A stretch of 19,987 bases of DNA. Source: Gemmatimonadaceae bacterium (GTDB lineage: Bacteria; Gemmatimonadota; Gemmatimonadetes; Gemmatimonadales; Gemmatimonadaceae). The notes beneath the pieces are model-generated. The model was not told where the DNA came from, searched no databases, and was given only the letters and a program-made list of their open reading frames with translations. The first letter of the stretch is position 1. Every line of letters begins with the position of its first letter. Below are positions 17,971 to 19,987 of the stretch, one piece after another. Location: the NCBI GenBank assembly GCA_040902005.1, contig JBBDYA010000133.1:37893-57879 (forward strand), given 5' to 3'. A program made the position numbers and the translations under genes.

Positions 17971-19311
17971 ATGACCGAGCCCCAACCGAAGGACCTGAAG
18001 CGACAGATCGGCCTCTGGAGTGCCGTGGCGATCGTCATCGGGACGACGATCGGGTCCGGCATCTTCCGCTCGCCTGCCGGCATCGCCGACAAGCTGCCGG
18101 GGCCGATTCCGCTCGCGATCGTCTGGGTGGCGGGCGGCCTGCTCGCCCTCTGCGGCGCGCTCTCGTTCTCCGAGCTCGCGTCGGCGTTCCCGCGCACCGG
18201 CGGGATCTTCGTCTTCATCAAGGAAGGGTTCGGCCGGCTGCCCGCGTTCCTCTTCGGATGGGCAGAGGTCACGGTGATCCGGGCCGCGGCCGTGGGTGCC
18301 ATCGCGACCACGTTCGCGGAGTACTTCCTGCGGGTAATCGGCGTGGATCCCGTGGAGTACGCGCGCTACGTCGCCGCGGCGGCCATCATCGTCATGGGGA
18401 CGGTCAACATCCTGGGCGTGCGTTGGGGAACGCTCGTGCTGAACGTGACCACCGTGGCCAAGTACGGCGCGCTCATCTTCATCATCATCATTGCCATGGC
18501 GCTCGGCCTGCCGGAAACCGGCGGTCACTATACGCCGGCCCTGCCGGAGGGAAGCATCTCCATCGGCGCGTTCGGGCTGGCACTCGTCTCGGCGCTCTGG
18601 GCGTACGACGGCTACGCGGACCTGAGCTACGCGAGCGGTGAAGTGAAGGACCCCGAGCGTACCCTGCCGCGCGCGCTGATCGGCGGCACGTGCGCCGTGG
18701 TCCTGATCTACCTGCTGGCGAACATCGCGTATCTCGCGGTCATTCCGGTCGAGGAAATGCGCCGGTCGCCGCTGGTGGCGGCGGACGTGGCGGAGCGCGT
18801 GCTCGGCGCGCCCGGCGTAGTGTTCATCGGCGTGACCGTCATGCTGTCCACGTGGGGCACGCTCACGGGATCGCTGTTCACGTCGCCGCGCATCTTCTTC
18901 GCGATGGCGCAGGAGAAACTCTTCTTCCGCGCCGTCGCGAGCGTGCATCCCCAGTTCGGAACGCCGCACGTCGCGATCGGCATCAACATCGTCCTCGGCG
19001 TCGTCTTCGTGCTGCTGCGCACCTTCGAGCAGCTGGCCGACGCGTTCGTCACCGCGATCCTGCCGTTCTACGCGCTGGGCGTCGCGGCGCTGTTCGTGGT
19101 AAGGCGCCGCGAGGGATATGCGCCGGCGTTCCGGGTGCCGCTGTACCCGATCGTGCCCCTGCTGTTCGTCGCCTCCGCGCTCTACCTCCTGAGCAACGCG
19201 CTGATCGACGCCTCGAGCCGCGTGCCGACCGCCATCACGCTCGGCATCGTCCTTCTGGGCGTCCCGGTGTATTACCTGACGGTGGGGCGGGCGTTCCGGA
19301 AGAGCGGCTAG
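17971..19311 (+). CDS. APC-family (LAT/SteT-like) amino acid permease
   Basis: IGTTIGSGIFRSP in TM1, ELASAFPRTGG, LWAYDG, EVKDPERTLP; about 12 hydrophobic segments. Confidence 0.92.
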   Translation: MTEPQPKDLKRQIGLWSAVAIVIGTTIGSGIFRSPAGIADKLPGPIPLAIVWVAGGLLALCGALSFSELASAFPRTGGIFVFIKEGFGRLPAFLFGWAEVTVIRAAAVGAIATTFAEYFLRVIGVDPVEYARYVAAAAIIVMGTVNILGVRWGTLVLNVTTVAKYGALIFIIIIAMALGLPETGGHYTPALPEGSISIGAFGLALVSALWAYDGYADLSYASGEVKDPERTLPRALIGGTCAVVLIYLLANIAYLAVIPVEEMRRSPLVAADVAERVLGAPGVVFIGVTVMLSTWGTLTGSLFTSPRIFFAMAQEKLFFRAVASVHPQFGTPHVAIGINIVLGVVFVLLRTFEQLADAFVTAILPFYALGVAALFVVRRREGYAPAFRVPLYPIVPLLFVASALYLLSNALIDASSRVPTAITLGIVLLGVPVYYLTVGRAFRKSG

Positions 19312-19383
19312 GGCATGGCAGGGGCGCTGTCTGGCCCGCTATTTGGGTGTTGTGGGACGCCGTGCAAGACCACATTTTGTCTC

Positions 19384-19422
19384 TCCGACGGGGCGAGATG
19401 TCAGCGCTTCGTCGGATTTTTT
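19384..19422 (+). terminator. putative intrinsic terminator after the permease
   Basis: 12-bp stem TCCGACGGGGCG/CGCTTCGTCGGA (two G-U pairs), 9-nt loop, followed by TTTTTT. Confidence 0.6.
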
Positions 19423-19467
19423 CTTTCGGTCATCTTCCGCGGTGGTGGATGACGAAACAGGAGCCTC

Positions 19468-19860
19468 GTGTCGGAACTCAGTTTTCGCGACGGCATCATG
19501 GACCGGATTCGCCTGCGTGAGCGGCGGTACGACGAGCGCGCCTATCTGTTCGTTCTCGCCGCGCTCGAATACTCGCAGCAGCGACTGGATGAGCGGCGCC
19601 ACATCACCGGCCAGGAGCTGGCCGGGGCGTGCCGCGACCTGGCCCTCGAGCGCTTTGGCGTCATGTCCCGACTCGTGCTCGATCACTGGGGGATTCGCAC
19701 CACCGCGGACATCGGCCGCATCGTCTTCGCGCTGGTGGATCTGGGCATGCTGTTGAGCCAGCCGGACGACACACCGGACGCCTTCGAGCACGTGTACGAC
19801 TTCGATCACGCATTCGAGCGGGACTATCCGTGGGGCGCGGGGATCGGCGCGACGAGCTAG
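19468..19860 (+). CDS. conserved protein of unknown function, TIGR04138/Minf_1886-like
   Basis: AGGAG RBS then GTG. Motifs RYDERAYLFV, HITGQEL, FG..SRLVLDHWGI.TT.DIGRIVF.LV and D...DAF..VYDF match my recollection of this family; no HMM search was run. Confidence 0.8.
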   Translation: MSELSFRDGIMDRIRLRERRYDERAYLFVLAALEYSQQRLDERRHITGQELAGACRDLALERFGVMSRLVLDHWGIRTTADIGRIVFALVDLGMLLSQPDDTPDAFEHVYDFDHAFERDYPWGAGIGATS

Positions 19861-19987
19861 GGAAGCCCTGAAAACCAAGGGGCGGGGCGGGGTGTTCCGG
19901 CCGGCGCGAGCATAGTACCAATACTTGGACGACTGACGAGCGTTACATGCCTCTTGAGATCTCTCGCGTTCTCGCGTCCAAGTATTG
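19861..19987. mobile_element. MITE-like palindromic element, copy 3 (truncated by window end)
   Basis: Starts GGAAGCCCTGAAAA directly after CTAG. Shares GGTGTTCCGGCCGGCGCGAGCATAGTACCAATACTTGGACGACTGAC exactly with copy 2; the right arm begins CGTCCAAGTATTG. Confidence 0.8.

Overview
GC-rich bacterial chromosomal window, mostly housekeeping genes; gene style suggests Gemmatimonadota or a related lineage (inference only). Minus strand, left part: BON-domain protein, valS, an Ig-like lipoprotein and the 5' end of selA; the last three overlap. Plus strand: thrS, a large lipoprotein zinc metallopeptidase (M66-like, with three Ig-like repeats), then thiolase, bioY, CPBP protease, 3-hydroxybutyryl-CoA dehydrogenase, acyl-CoA dehydrogenase, leucine dehydrogenase, rpiB, glyA, an APC permease and a TIGR04138/Minf_1886-like protein. 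The most notable signal is non-coding: three copies of a ~180-bp palindromic element (4493-4675, 7625-7803, 19861->19987). They have IS5-like termini, CTAG/CTAA/CTGA-type flanks, compensatory base changes and a conserved asymmetric bulge. Copy 1 sits between two oppositely oriented heptamer arrays. Also present: a 4x15-bp in-frame repeat inside valS and an (ATTCCC)n tract. No transposase, CRISPR array, tRNA or rRNA was seen.
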